DNA of 64,000 nucleotides from Microcystaceae cyanobacterium (GTDB taxonomy: Bacteria; Cyanobacteriota; Cyanobacteriia; Cyanobacteriales; Microcystaceae), in assembly GCA_041746575.1 (NCBI GenBank), contig JBGTGT010000011.1, forward strand, positions 1 through 64,000, given 5' to 3'. Numbering within the stretch: the first letter of the stretch is position 1; the number at the start of each line of letters is the position of its first letter. The notes beneath the pieces are model-generated. The model searched no databases, was not told the DNA's origin, and worked only from the letters and a program-made list of their open reading frames with translations. Shown here piece after piece: positions 40,684 to 49,755 of this stretch. The translations under genes and the position numbers were made by a program.

Positions 40684-42558
40684 GTGAATAATCATTTGTT
40701 GCAAGATTTTCAGCCAATCGCGCTGATTTCACCTGTTTTTCGAGAAATTGAGCCTTTGATTGCCCTTTCTCAGTTGTTAAATGCCAGTTTACACCTTCCA
40801 GACACGACACCTTCCTCAAAAGCCGCTATTCACACTTACACTTATTCAGGTTCGCTTAAGGATTATTTAGGGACAATTTGGTCAGATTACCGAGTTTTTA
40901 TCTTTTGTTTGGCTTCTGGTGCAGTTGTTCGTCTGATTGCTCCCTTTTTACGCGATAAATCCTCCGATCCAGCGATTATTGTTCTCGATCTTCAGCAAAA
41001 ATGGGTGATCAGTCTTTGTAGTGGTCATCAGGGGGGTGCTGATCAGCTTACCCAACTCATATCAGCGCAAATTGAAGCGATTCCCGTTATTACCAGTGGT
41101 TCTGAAGGCATAAACTGGTCTGGACTTGACCGTCTAGGACTTCCCTTCGGTTGGCGTAAAGGAACAGGGGATTGGACAAAAGTCAGCGCGGCCATCGTTC
41201 AAGGAAAAGCGGTACAGGTGATCCAAGAAGGGGGATCAACGCTGTGGCAACAGTCCGCACCCAACTCTCTTTATTTTGACTTTCCTGAGGGGGATGATGT
41301 CCTCTCTCCCCGTGCAAGGATCTGGATTAGCGCGACTCAGCGAAAATTTGCGCCTGATAGCCAATTGCCTAAAGTTCAGTGGCATCCTCGTTTATTATGG
41401 CTGGGAATCGGTTGCATTCGAGGAACATCCCTAGAAACCCTCGAAACCGCTATTCGACATGTTTTGCAACAGCATCATTTAGCGTATGAAGCGATCGCAG
41501 GAATTGCCACTATTGAACTTAAACAAGACGAAGTAGGCTTAGTAGAATTCTGTGAAAAAGAGCAATTTCCGCTAAAAGTATTTACGTCTGAGCAATTAAG
41601 AGCCGTTAATGTGCCGAATCCTTCTCAGGCGGTAGAAGATACCGTGAATACCCCTAGTGTGGCAGAGGCGGCCGCTATTTTGGCCGCTCAATCTGAAAAT
41701 TTATTAGAAGAAAATCCGAGTGGTTTAATTGTTCCCAAACAAGTGTTTGCTCAATGTGTTACCGTCGCTATCGCTCATTCTGCCGTAGAATATACAGGAC
41801 GGATGGGTCAGCTATTTCTCGTCGGCATGGGTCCGGGGGATTTAGGGCAAATGACTCCTTCTGCGAAAGCGGCTATCGCCTCAAGTGATGTTATTATCGG
41901 ATATTCCCTTTATTTAGACTTAATTAAACCTCTCAAACATTCCGGTCAACGGGTTGAAGCGTTCCCGATTACCCAAGAAAAGGAGCGATCGCAACGGGCG
42001 ATTGAACTGGCACGATGGGGTTTAACGGTTACCGTTGTTTCATCGGGAGACTGTGGTATCTATGGGATGGCGGGATTAGTGTTTGAAGAATTAACGGCTC
42101 AGGGATGGGACGGCAAAATCCCTAAAATTGAAGTATTTCCCGGAATTACCGCCTTACAAGCGGCGGCCGCACGGGTAGGTGCGCCTTTAATGCACGATTT
42201 TTGTGCCATCAGCTTGAGTGATTTATTGACACCTTGGGAAGTGATTGAAAAACGCTTAAAAGCGGCGGCAGAAGCAGATTTTGTGACCGCACTTTATAAC
42301 CCTCGCTCTCAAACGCGTACCCAACAGATTGTCAAAGCACAGGAATATTTTCTGCAATATCGCTCCCCCAATACACCTGTTGCTTTGGTTTATTGCGCTT
42401 ATCGTGCCGAAGAACAGATTATTTTAACGAATTTAAGCAAAATATTAGATTTTCCTATTGATATGCTAACCACCGTCTTAATTGGTAATCGAAGTACTTA
42501 TCAACACGGAGATTGGTTAATTACGCCGAGAGGGTATTCCCTTGGATTGCTGACATGA
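40684..42558 (+). CDS. cobJ: CbiG/CobE-CobJ fusion, precorrin-3B C17-methyltransferase
   Basis: SGHQGGA, LGIGC.RG and SVAEAAA (CbiG); VGMGPG, SSGDCGIYGMAG, HDFCAISLSDLLTPW, YNPRS, TPRGY (CobJ). Confidence 0.92.
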   Translation: MNNHLLQDFQPIALISPVFREIEPLIALSQLLNASLHLPDTTPSSKAAIHTYTYSGSLKDYLGTIWSDYRVFIFCLASGAVVRLIAPFLRDKSSDPAIIVLDLQQKWVISLCSGHQGGADQLTQLISAQIEAIPVITSGSEGINWSGLDRLGLPFGWRKGTGDWTKVSAAIVQGKAVQVIQEGGSTLWQQSAPNSLYFDFPEGDDVLSPRARIWISATQRKFAPDSQLPKVQWHPRLLWLGIGCIRGTSLETLETAIRHVLQQHHLAYEAIAGIATIELKQDEVGLVEFCEKEQFPLKVFTSEQLRAVNVPNPSQAVEDTVNTPSVAEAAAILAAQSENLLEENPSGLIVPKQVFAQCVTVAIAHSAVEYTGRMGQLFLVGMGPGDLGQMTPSAKAAIASSDVIIGYSLYLDLIKPLKHSGQRVEAFPITQEKERSQRAIELARWGLTVTVVSSGDCGIYGMAGLVFEELTAQGWDGKIPKIEVFPGITALQAAAARVGAPLMHDFCAISLSDLLTPWEVIEKRLKAAAEADFVTALYNPRSQTRTQQIVKAQEYFLQYRSPNTPVALVYCAYRAEEQIILTNLSKILDFPIDMLTTVLIGNRSTYQHGDWLITPRGYSLGLLT

Positions 42559-42983
42559 ATTGCCGTAAAGTCCATGTAAACCCTGAAATTATTAATTTTT
42601 TTGGGAATTCTTCTTTTTAAGGACAAATTTAAATAACTTCTCAGAGAAGTTGATCCTCGTGGTGTTTAACTTAGTCAATTTCTTGCGCTTTGTCTGGGTT
42701 TAACCGCTCAAAAAGTTAAAATAGCCATGTCGTTGTCTTAACGTATATCCTGCGTGGGTAAGATTACTTTAGGAGAAGATACAATGGCTGAAAACGCTTA
42801 GTCTCGCTCCACAGCCAGCTATTAAAATGGACGGGCTTTCTCTCGCTTGTCGGTTACTTTTGGTAAAGATTAGAAGAATCGACGTGACAAAAAGCCCTTA
42901 TGCCAAAGAAGGGATGAAATTGCTAAGGATTAGAGAATATAGGGTGAGGTTAAATCCTTAAGGGATAAGGTTTTTGCTGAAAA

Positions 42984-43057
<74 letters not shown>

Positions 43058-43110
43058 ATGCCTTATCTAGTATAGCGGCAATTGCTCAGAATAACAACTT
43101 TTATTTTCAG

Positions 43111-43665
43111 TTAAAAAAATAATTGCCATTCTTTTTCGGTACAAACCCCTTTCAGGGGGAAATCCCACGGATCAGTTGGCAATTGAGCAAAATAGGCAAA
43201 ATCAAAGATAATACCAAGACTAGGGATGGTTTTCCACGGGAGAGAACTCAATAGGCGATCATAAAATCCGCCCCCGTATCCTAAACGATAGCCTCGGCGA
43301 TCGCAAGCGATGGCAGGGACTAAAATTAAATCAACCGCTTCTGGTTTAATCAATGGGGAATCATCGCAGGGTTCCAAAATACCGTATTTGTTCCGATTTA
43401 AAGGTTCATTTGCTTGCCAAAAATGCCAAATTAGCTCTTTTTTAACACAACGGGGAAATCCCCACTGTTTAGGGTCTTGAAATAAGGAGCTTAAATCGGG
43501 TTCTTGACGAACGCTAAAATAGGCGAGAATCGTTTTAGCTTTTTGATAAAGGGGGCAGGTTAATAACTGTTGAGTAATTAGGTGACTGTCGACTTGCCAG
43601 CGTTCCAACGCTAAAGTTTGACGTTTTTTGCCTAATTTTTGTCTTAGCTGGGCTTTATTGAGCAT
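43111..43665 (-). CDS. 5-formyltetrahydrofolate cyclo-ligase
   Basis: YGILEP, DLILVP, GYRLGYGGGFYDR. Confidence 0.92.
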   Translation of the reverse strand: MLNKAQLRQKLGKKRQTLALERWQVDSHLITQQLLTCPLYQKAKTILAYFSVRQEPDLSSLFQDPKQWGFPRCVKKELIWHFWQANEPLNRNKYGILEPCDDSPLIKPEAVDLILVPAIACDRRGYRLGYGGGFYDRLLSSLPWKTIPSLGIIFDFAYFAQLPTDPWDFPLKGVCTEKEWQLFF

Positions 43666-43791
43666 GATTGTTTCAATAAAAGTTTGTACATTAAATAATT
43701 TGTCAAGCTTATTTTACAAAAATTAATATTAATGTTAACTTAAGTAAAGAAGCAAAACTAGCTTTCTTTTCAATTAACAAAAATTTCCAAT

Positions 43792-43977
43792 ATGGGCAGT
43801 AAAAACGAACGTAAATGGGAAAAAAACGTGTTGAAGGTCAGTATATGGCTTTTTGCAGAAATTCTCTTAACTTTTCTAGGAATTGATGATTTAGCGGATT
43901 ACAGTGAATTTGTCTTTGAAAAAACACGCCATCCTCATGCCTCGTCGATGTCGCTGATTCTTATCAGTCATTTGTAA
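43792..43977 (+). CDS. Small cyanobacterial hypothetical protein
   Basis: WLFAEILLTFLGIDDLADYSEFVFE motif, recognisable in cyanobacterial small proteins. Confidence 0.6.
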   Translation: MGSKNERKWEKNVLKVSIWLFAEILLTFLGIDDLADYSEFVFEKTRHPHASSMSLILISHL

Positions 43978-44034
43978 GGGAATGAGGTGTTAGTCAATTA
44001 AAATAGCAAAAAAGCTGAGTTTTATCCATAAATT

Positions 44035-44523
44035 CTAAGTAATTTGGTTTCTCACACCGCTTAAACCGGCATAGGCAATGCCAATAGCATCCACACTATC
44101 ATCAATCGGCAAGATATCTAAAGCAAACACCGTTTGTAACAAAGACGCCACTTCTTGCTTATCAGCTTTTCCATTGCCTAAATGACATTTCCAACTAGAT
44201 TGGTGGAGAAAAATGACTTCTCTCTGCAATTCTCGGTAAATTGTTAGATTAATAACCCCTAAAGCTTGCATTACACCGCCGGCAGCTTTAATCTGACGAC
44301 TAAAAAAAGGCATTTCAATAGCCACTGCACAGGGTTGAAATTCTTGCAGAAGATCTATCATATCTCTTTCAATCTCTAGAAGACGCTGAGGGGTTGAGAG
44401 TAACTTGCTAGTTTCAATAACACCATATTCAATTAACTTTGGCGTAAAATAATCATTTTCTTCTAAAATTGCCCAACCAATTAAAGCAAGACCAGGGTCG
44501 ATTCCCATCCAGCGTTGTATCAT
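44035..44523 (-). CDS. ruvC: Holliday junction resolvase
   Basis: GIDPG, AIE, GNGKADKQEV, DDSVDAIGIA. Confidence 0.9.
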   Translation of the reverse strand: MIQRWMGIDPGLALIGWAILEENDYFTPKLIEYGVIETSKLLSTPQRLLEIERDMIDLLQEFQPCAVAIEMPFFSRQIKAAGGVMQALGVINLTIYRELQREVIFLHQSSWKCHLGNGKADKQEVASLLQTVFALDILPIDDSVDAIGIAYAGLSGVRNQIT

Positions 44524-44572
44524 TTTGTCATCTCGAATCCCATTATTAATCGTCGAATTTAGGGGTCACTGT

Positions 44573-45205
44573 TTAAGCACCGCCACTGCCATTTTCACCA
44601 TAAGCTAACCACGCTAAATCCACTAATCCGTTGAGAATAGCGACGGCGACGACTGAGTTTCCTTTTTGTCCGTTAATGCTAATAAAGGGGATAAGAGTAT
44701 CTTGTAATCGCTCTTTAGCCACGTCTGCGTCAATAAAACCGGCAGGAGTCCCAATAATCAAGGCTGGTTTGATTAATTCCTCTTCGACTAATTCAACTAA
44801 AGCGAGTAAGGCGGTGACAGATTGACCAACGACAAAGATGCCTTCAGAATAGCGTTGTGCCAGGGTTTGCGTTCCCCATGCCGTTTTCGTTGTCTGTTTT
44901 TGCGGACGGGTAATGGTTTCTGCGCTACAAAAGACAGGATTAGCGAAGGAATCTTGCAACGTTGACACAATTCCGACTTGTACCATGGGAACATCAACAA
45001 TAATGGTACTACGAGCCGCTAACGCCGCCGCACCTGCGGTCAATGCTTTATCCGAAAATTGAATGAGGTTTTGATAATCAAAATCGGCGGTTTCATAAAT
45101 CACCCGACGAATAATTTCGTATTCTGCGGGAGCATGAAGGGTTTTGTCAATTTTTTGATCAATCAGGGCTAAACTTTGAGCAGTGGTAATGTGCCATTCC
45201 AGCAT
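44573..45205 (-). CDS. cobH: Precorrin-8X methylmutase family protein
   Basis: IIRRVIYETADF, DVPMV, IIGTPAGF, KGNSVVAVAILN. Confidence 0.8.
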   Translation of the reverse strand: MLEWHITTAQSLALIDQKIDKTLHAPAEYEIIRRVIYETADFDYQNLIQFSDKALTAGAAALAARSTIIVDVPMVQVGIVSTLQDSFANPVFCSAETITRPQKQTTKTAWGTQTLAQRYSEGIFVVGQSVTALLALVELVEEELIKPALIIGTPAGFIDADVAKERLQDTLIPFISINGQKGNSVVAVAILNGLVDLAWLAYGENGSGGA

Positions 45206-45305
45206 AGTCAGTTTAAGGTCTAGGGATCAAACGTTCAATCATTCAGTATTTCTATTATCTACAAATTCCCGTAAAGTGTAAATAATTAAATTCCATTAAT
45301 TTGCG

Positions 45306-47546
45306 ATGTTTTCCAGAATTTCTTTTTCCAATATTAAGCTCATTAATCTTTTTTTGTTGAGTAGTTTAGTTAGTTTAGCAACTCTTATTACCTACTTTTA
45401 TGTTGGAAGCGAAAAGACAATTTATTGGTCAGATTTGGTGACTTATCAATATAGAACGATAGAGTTAATTTCAACCTATCAGGATACGCCACTTCGAGCC
45501 ATTATCCTATTCCTAGGATCGTTTACAAGAGAATATAATAACTTATTTTGTCTGCCTTTGATCCCTTTTATGCTCATTTTTGGAGAAAGTCGTTTTGTTT
45601 ATATTTTGAGTTGTGTTTTGGTTTATCTTATTCCTTTTTGTTTCGTGATGGGCGCGATCGCAACAAAACTTATCCCTTGTAATTCTCGTAGCGTTTTTTG
45701 GTCAACAGCTTTTTTAGCTCTTTCAATCCCAACCACTTGGCTATCAACGTTGAGAGGTTATCCTGATATTGGAGGAGCGGTATTAATAGGATTAGCAATT
45801 TGGCTTTATTTAAAGGATATAAAACTAAGAAATTGGCAACAGATTTTACTATTAGCTTTCTTCTTGTCATCGTCTATTCTTTTTCGTCGTCACTTTGCCT
45901 ATGGGGTTAGAGCCTTTTTAGTTACTCTTTTTCTCCAAGGGTTTCTCGCTTTTTTAGCTGAGATTAAAGTAACGCCTAAAGAAGCCTTAAGAACGTTTAT
46001 CCAATATGGAATTCGCTTAAGTTTATTAACTTTTACTATTTTAATGTTTTCACCAATATTGGTTTATAAAATTTTAACAACGAATTATCGCTTTCTTTAT
46101 TATTCTTATGAAAAATCGTTGATAGTTAATCTTCAATACTTTATTGAAATCTACGGATGGTTACTTTTGTTCTTAACACTAATCGGATTTTCAGCAGGTT
46201 TTTTCACTCGTTTGTTAAGAAGACCTGTTCTTTTTTTTATAACTTTTTTTGGCAGTATTTCATTTATTCAATGGATATTTTTTTCTAAGCAAATTGGAGT
46301 CCACTATACGAATCATTTTAATTTTTTTATTATTCTTGGAACGGCAAGTTTTTTTTGGATAACTCAATTAATTCTTAAACGTAAAAAAAGATTTATTGTA
46401 TTGATATTAGGTGCTTTTATGATCCCGATTAATCTGTTGATGGGTTTAACCCCTATGGGTCGCTTCAATCTGGTTTTTCGCCCTTTATGGTCAATGAATT
46501 TTCCGCCACTTATTGATTCAGATTATGCAGAATTTATTAAATTAGTGACTTATCTTAGATCAGTTTCTCCGAATCAAAAACCACTCGATTTTAGTAACAG
46601 TTTAAGAAATATTGATCCTCATCAAGCGGGAATTTATCTCCCCTATTCTGATGTGTTTGCAGACAGCATTTTAAAAGAAGCAGAAAAACAGATTTATGGC
46701 TCAAATTCGCAAATTTTAAATTTTCTCAGGATACCTGCTATTGATTCTCGTGATTTTTACCCATTAGAACGATTATTACAAAGTCATTTAATTATTATTC
46801 CCACGTATTTTCCAAATCCAAAATATCCGATTGTTCGTTATCAAATCGCTCAAGTCGTTTTAGATATTTTTCAGCAAAATCAAGCTTTTGCTCATGATTT
46901 TAAAAAACTGCCCCAAACTTTTACTTTCCAAGACAGAAAAATACAAGTAAGTATTTACGAGCGAATTCATCCAACTAATTTAGAAACCACGTTAAAAACC
47001 TTAGAATTGATAAAATCACAAATTAAACCTATACCAAGCAATCAATCTCAATGGATAATTTTAGCCACAAAATATAAGGGAGAAATTTATAAAAATTCTG
47101 ATGAAAGCGTTAACATTGCTACCTACCAAACGTCTCAATTATCCTTATTATATTTTGGCTCGCTTCCCAATAAGATTCAGCTTAAAGGAACAGTTGAATC
47201 CTTCAATAATCAGTGTCAGGGGTTAACCTTAAATTTAATGACACTTGATAAACAAGGAAAGATGATAAATGAGATAAATCAATCTCTTTCTTATCGTTTT
47301 GATTTTCAAGTCAATACCCAAAAAAACTGGAAAAGTTATCTAAACACTCAAATCATCAAAACAAATCCAGAAATCGCATATTTACTCTCACCAAATGTTG
47401 CTCATTTTTCTGATGAATCTCTTAATTTTTTGCTCTCAATCCCCAATCAAAATGCAACTTACTTACGTCTTGATATAACCCCTCAAGAAGATAATAAAGC
47501 AATTTTATCCTGCTCTCCTTATCTTAAGAACTTAAATATTTTATAA
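45306..47546 (+). CDS. Polytopic membrane protein, GT-C-like glycosyltransferase candidate
   Basis: About 11 hydrophobic helices with an IYWSD loop, RGYPD and LFRRHF, followed by a soluble C-terminal domain; visibly AT-rich. Confidence 0.55.
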   Translation: MFSRISFSNIKLINLFLLSSLVSLATLITYFYVGSEKTIYWSDLVTYQYRTIELISTYQDTPLRAIILFLGSFTREYNNLFCLPLIPFMLIFGESRFVYILSCVLVYLIPFCFVMGAIATKLIPCNSRSVFWSTAFLALSIPTTWLSTLRGYPDIGGAVLIGLAIWLYLKDIKLRNWQQILLLAFFLSSSILFRRHFAYGVRAFLVTLFLQGFLAFLAEIKVTPKEALRTFIQYGIRLSLLTFTILMFSPILVYKILTTNYRFLYYSYEKSLIVNLQYFIEIYGWLLLFLTLIGFSAGFFTRLLRRPVLFFITFFGSISFIQWIFFSKQIGVHYTNHFNFFIILGTASFFWITQLILKRKKRFIVLILGAFMIPINLLMGLTPMGRFNLVFRPLWSMNFPPLIDSDYAEFIKLVTYLRSVSPNQKPLDFSNSLRNIDPHQAGIYLPYSDVFADSILKEAEKQIYGSNSQILNFLRIPAIDSRDFYPLERLLQSHLIIIPTYFPNPKYPIVRYQIAQVVLDIFQQNQAFAHDFKKLPQTFTFQDRKIQVSIYERIHPTNLETTLKTLELIKSQIKPIPSNQSQWIILATKYKGEIYKNSDESVNIATYQTSQLSLLYFGSLPNKIQLKGTVESFNNQCQGLTLNLMTLDKQGKMINEINQSLSYRFDFQVNTQKNWKSYLNTQIIKTNPEIAYLLSPNVAHFSDESLNFLLSIPNQNATYLRLDITPQEDNKAILSCSPYLKNLNIL

Positions 47547-47634
47547 ATAATCGTAATTTACATCAAGAAAAATATATCGCTTTCTCTTTGTTTTCTCATT
47601 TTTTCAAGTCGCACTTTTAAAATAGCTCCTACTC

Positions 47635-47874
47635 CTAGTTTGTGACTAAAGTTTGGTCTTCATCTAGCGAACCTAATGCCAATCTCCGCAATGGCATCAT
47701 CGAAGGTGTAATAATCACCGTCGCACTTTTCATCAGTAAGCAAAGAGTTGTAATTATGCAAGAATTCATGTTTAGTATCAGAAAATACGTTGTTATACCT
47801 GATTCATCCCACAATTCTTGTCTGAGCTTGTTGAAAACTTCGTTGTCGACTGGTTGATGATACAGAGATATCAA
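47635..47874 (-). pseudogene. DUF389 membrane-protein N-terminal remnant
   Basis: LRQELWDES...SCIITTLCLL..SATVII(TP)SMMPLRRLALG resembles DUF389 but lacks GAMII and is truncated. Confidence 0.55.
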
Positions 47875-47951
47875 GAATTGAGCGTCATGAAATGTTAACT
47901 CTAATGATATGATTTTGAGGAATCTTCGATGTCGTTTGCTAATTAATTCCT

Positions 47952-49154
47952 ATGGAATGTCGTGTGTGTGACGGGACTAACCTCGAACTGGCTATTGATT
48001 TAGGGCAACAACCTTGGTGTAATCATTTCTTAAAGCCTGAAGAAGTCGGAAAAGAACCCTATTATCCCCTTAGTGTGCTGTATTGTCATGATTGCAGTAC
48101 CGTACAACTTGATTATACGGTTAAGAAAGAAATCATGTTTGGGGATCACACGTACCTATCTGGGGTAACTCGTTCCCTGAGTGAGCACTTTAAACAAATT
48201 GCCGAACAAGTAGATGAGCGTTTTTTTCAAGATAAATCGCAAAAATCGGTTCTTGATATTGGTTCTAATGACGGTACGCAACTGAAGCATTTTCAGGCTT
48301 TGGGTTACGAGGTATTAGGAGTCGAATCGTCTGTCACCACTGCAAAAATTGCTAATGATGCGGGTGTTCCGACATTAAATGAATTTTTTAACCTAGAGGT
48401 TGTTAAACGCTTAAATCGTAAATTTGACGTGATTAACGCCGCTGGAGTCTTTTTTCATCTCGAAGAACTTCATTCTGTCACCGAAGGTATTCGAGAAGCC
48501 CTAGCGGAAGAGGGGGTGTTTATTGTACAGTTTTTATATATGAAGCGTATTGTCGAGAATTTAGCCTTCGATCAAATCTATCACGAGCATTTATTATATT
48601 ATAATCTCAAAACAATTGAAACCTTATTAAATCGTCATGGTTTAGCCTTATTTGATGCCTATTTAGCCCCAATTCATGGTGGCTCAATGATTGGTTTTGT
48701 CACCCATCAAGGGAAACAATCTGCCACTGAACGACTCAAAGTGTTACAGCAAGCTGAAATCGAAGATAAATCCAATGAATTTGAAACCTACCGTCAATTT
48801 GCTCAACGCATCGAGCAGATGAAGCAGGAAAACTTGGACTACCTAGAGCAAGCAAAACAGGAAGGAAAAACGATCTGGGGATTTGGCGCGCCCGTGAAGG
48901 GAAATACCCTCTTAAATTATTTTGGCATCGGGACGCCCTATTTAGATTGTTTGGTGGAGAAAAATGAACTACGTCGGGGATTATATTCACCGGGGATGCA
49001 CATTCCCCTTAAAATCGAAAAAGAACTCACCGAATTACCCAATATTTATTATGTGTTAGCATGGAATTTTAAAAAAGAAATTCTAGCAAATAATCAACAT
49101 TTAGTGGATCAAGGTGTTGAATTTTATTTTCCTGTTAATCCAAAAGAGGTTTAA
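47952..49154 (+). CDS. SAM-dependent NDP-sugar C-methyltransferase family
   Basis: Zn-binding CRVC...CHDC, DIGSNDG, FDQIYHEH, HGGS, GAPVKG, LAWNF. Confidence 0.85.
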   Translation: MECRVCDGTNLELAIDLGQQPWCNHFLKPEEVGKEPYYPLSVLYCHDCSTVQLDYTVKKEIMFGDHTYLSGVTRSLSEHFKQIAEQVDERFFQDKSQKSVLDIGSNDGTQLKHFQALGYEVLGVESSVTTAKIANDAGVPTLNEFFNLEVVKRLNRKFDVINAAGVFFHLEELHSVTEGIREALAEEGVFIVQFLYMKRIVENLAFDQIYHEHLLYYNLKTIETLLNRHGLALFDAYLAPIHGGSMIGFVTHQGKQSATERLKVLQQAEIEDKSNEFETYRQFAQRIEQMKQENLDYLEQAKQEGKTIWGFGAPVKGNTLLNYFGIGTPYLDCLVEKNELRRGLYSPGMHIPLKIEKELTELPNIYYVLAWNFKKEILANNQHLVDQGVEFYFPVNPKEV

Positions 49155-49162
49155 TAAACATT

Positions 49163-49755
49163 ATGAAAGGGGAATTGAATCTCTCTACTTTATTAAGAGA
49201 AATGCAACCCATTCTTCAACCTGAAAAATATGTTTTTTGTACTTTCCCATTAGGAGAAAAAGGGAAATCTGGTCTAATTAAAGAAGCAGAAGGCTTAAGC
49301 TTAACTCTGCAAAAAAATATTGCTGATCAAGAAAAATTAACTTATTATTAACGTGAGTTCGACCATCAGAAAATTTACGAGTCTTCTTTATTTAATTTTT
49401 TTGTGCAGGGGGTGCGGGGGAGGCACTCCGTCCCCCGTTGGGGGTTTGGGGGGCTAGTCCCCCAATCAAGAATTTGTTTTTCTTTTCCTAATCCCAATGA
49501 GAATGGACAAAAGGATTGAGATAATTGCCCTCGTCGAACTCACGTTATTATTATATTACTCGTCAAATTACGCTATCTATTCATTCTAGTTTAGAGGCAG
49601 TGGGATTTTTGGCGGCAATTACTCAAAAATTAGCAAAACACAATATTAGTGTCAATCCGATTTCAGCTTATTATCATGATCACCTATTTGTGCCAACCCA
49701 TCAAGCAAAAATTGCGATGAATCTTCTTAATGACTTTTCAGAGAAAACCTATTGA
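49163..49755 (+). pseudogene. ACT-domain (DUF2241-type) gene interrupted by a MITE
   Basis: N-half MKGELNLSTLLREMQPIL...YVFC...EAEGL and C-half ITLSIHSSLEAVGFLAAI...NPISAYYHDHLFVP rejoin in frame (129 aa) once the insert is removed. Confidence 0.9.
49351..49545. mobile_element. 195-bp MITE (non-autonomous IS derivative)
   Basis: TIRs ACGTGAGTTCGAC (49351-49363) / GTCGAACTCACGT (49533-49545); 8-bp TSD TATTATTA at 49343-49350 and 49546-49553; no transposase. Confidence 0.92.

Noticed and set aside
39540..40684. Cobalamin riboswitch upstream of cobJ
   Set aside because: No recognisable B12-box architecture.
42560..42983. Integrated element at the tRNA-fMet 3' end
   Set aside because: No integrase and no duplicated tRNA 3' end seen; only unassignable short reading-frame fragments.
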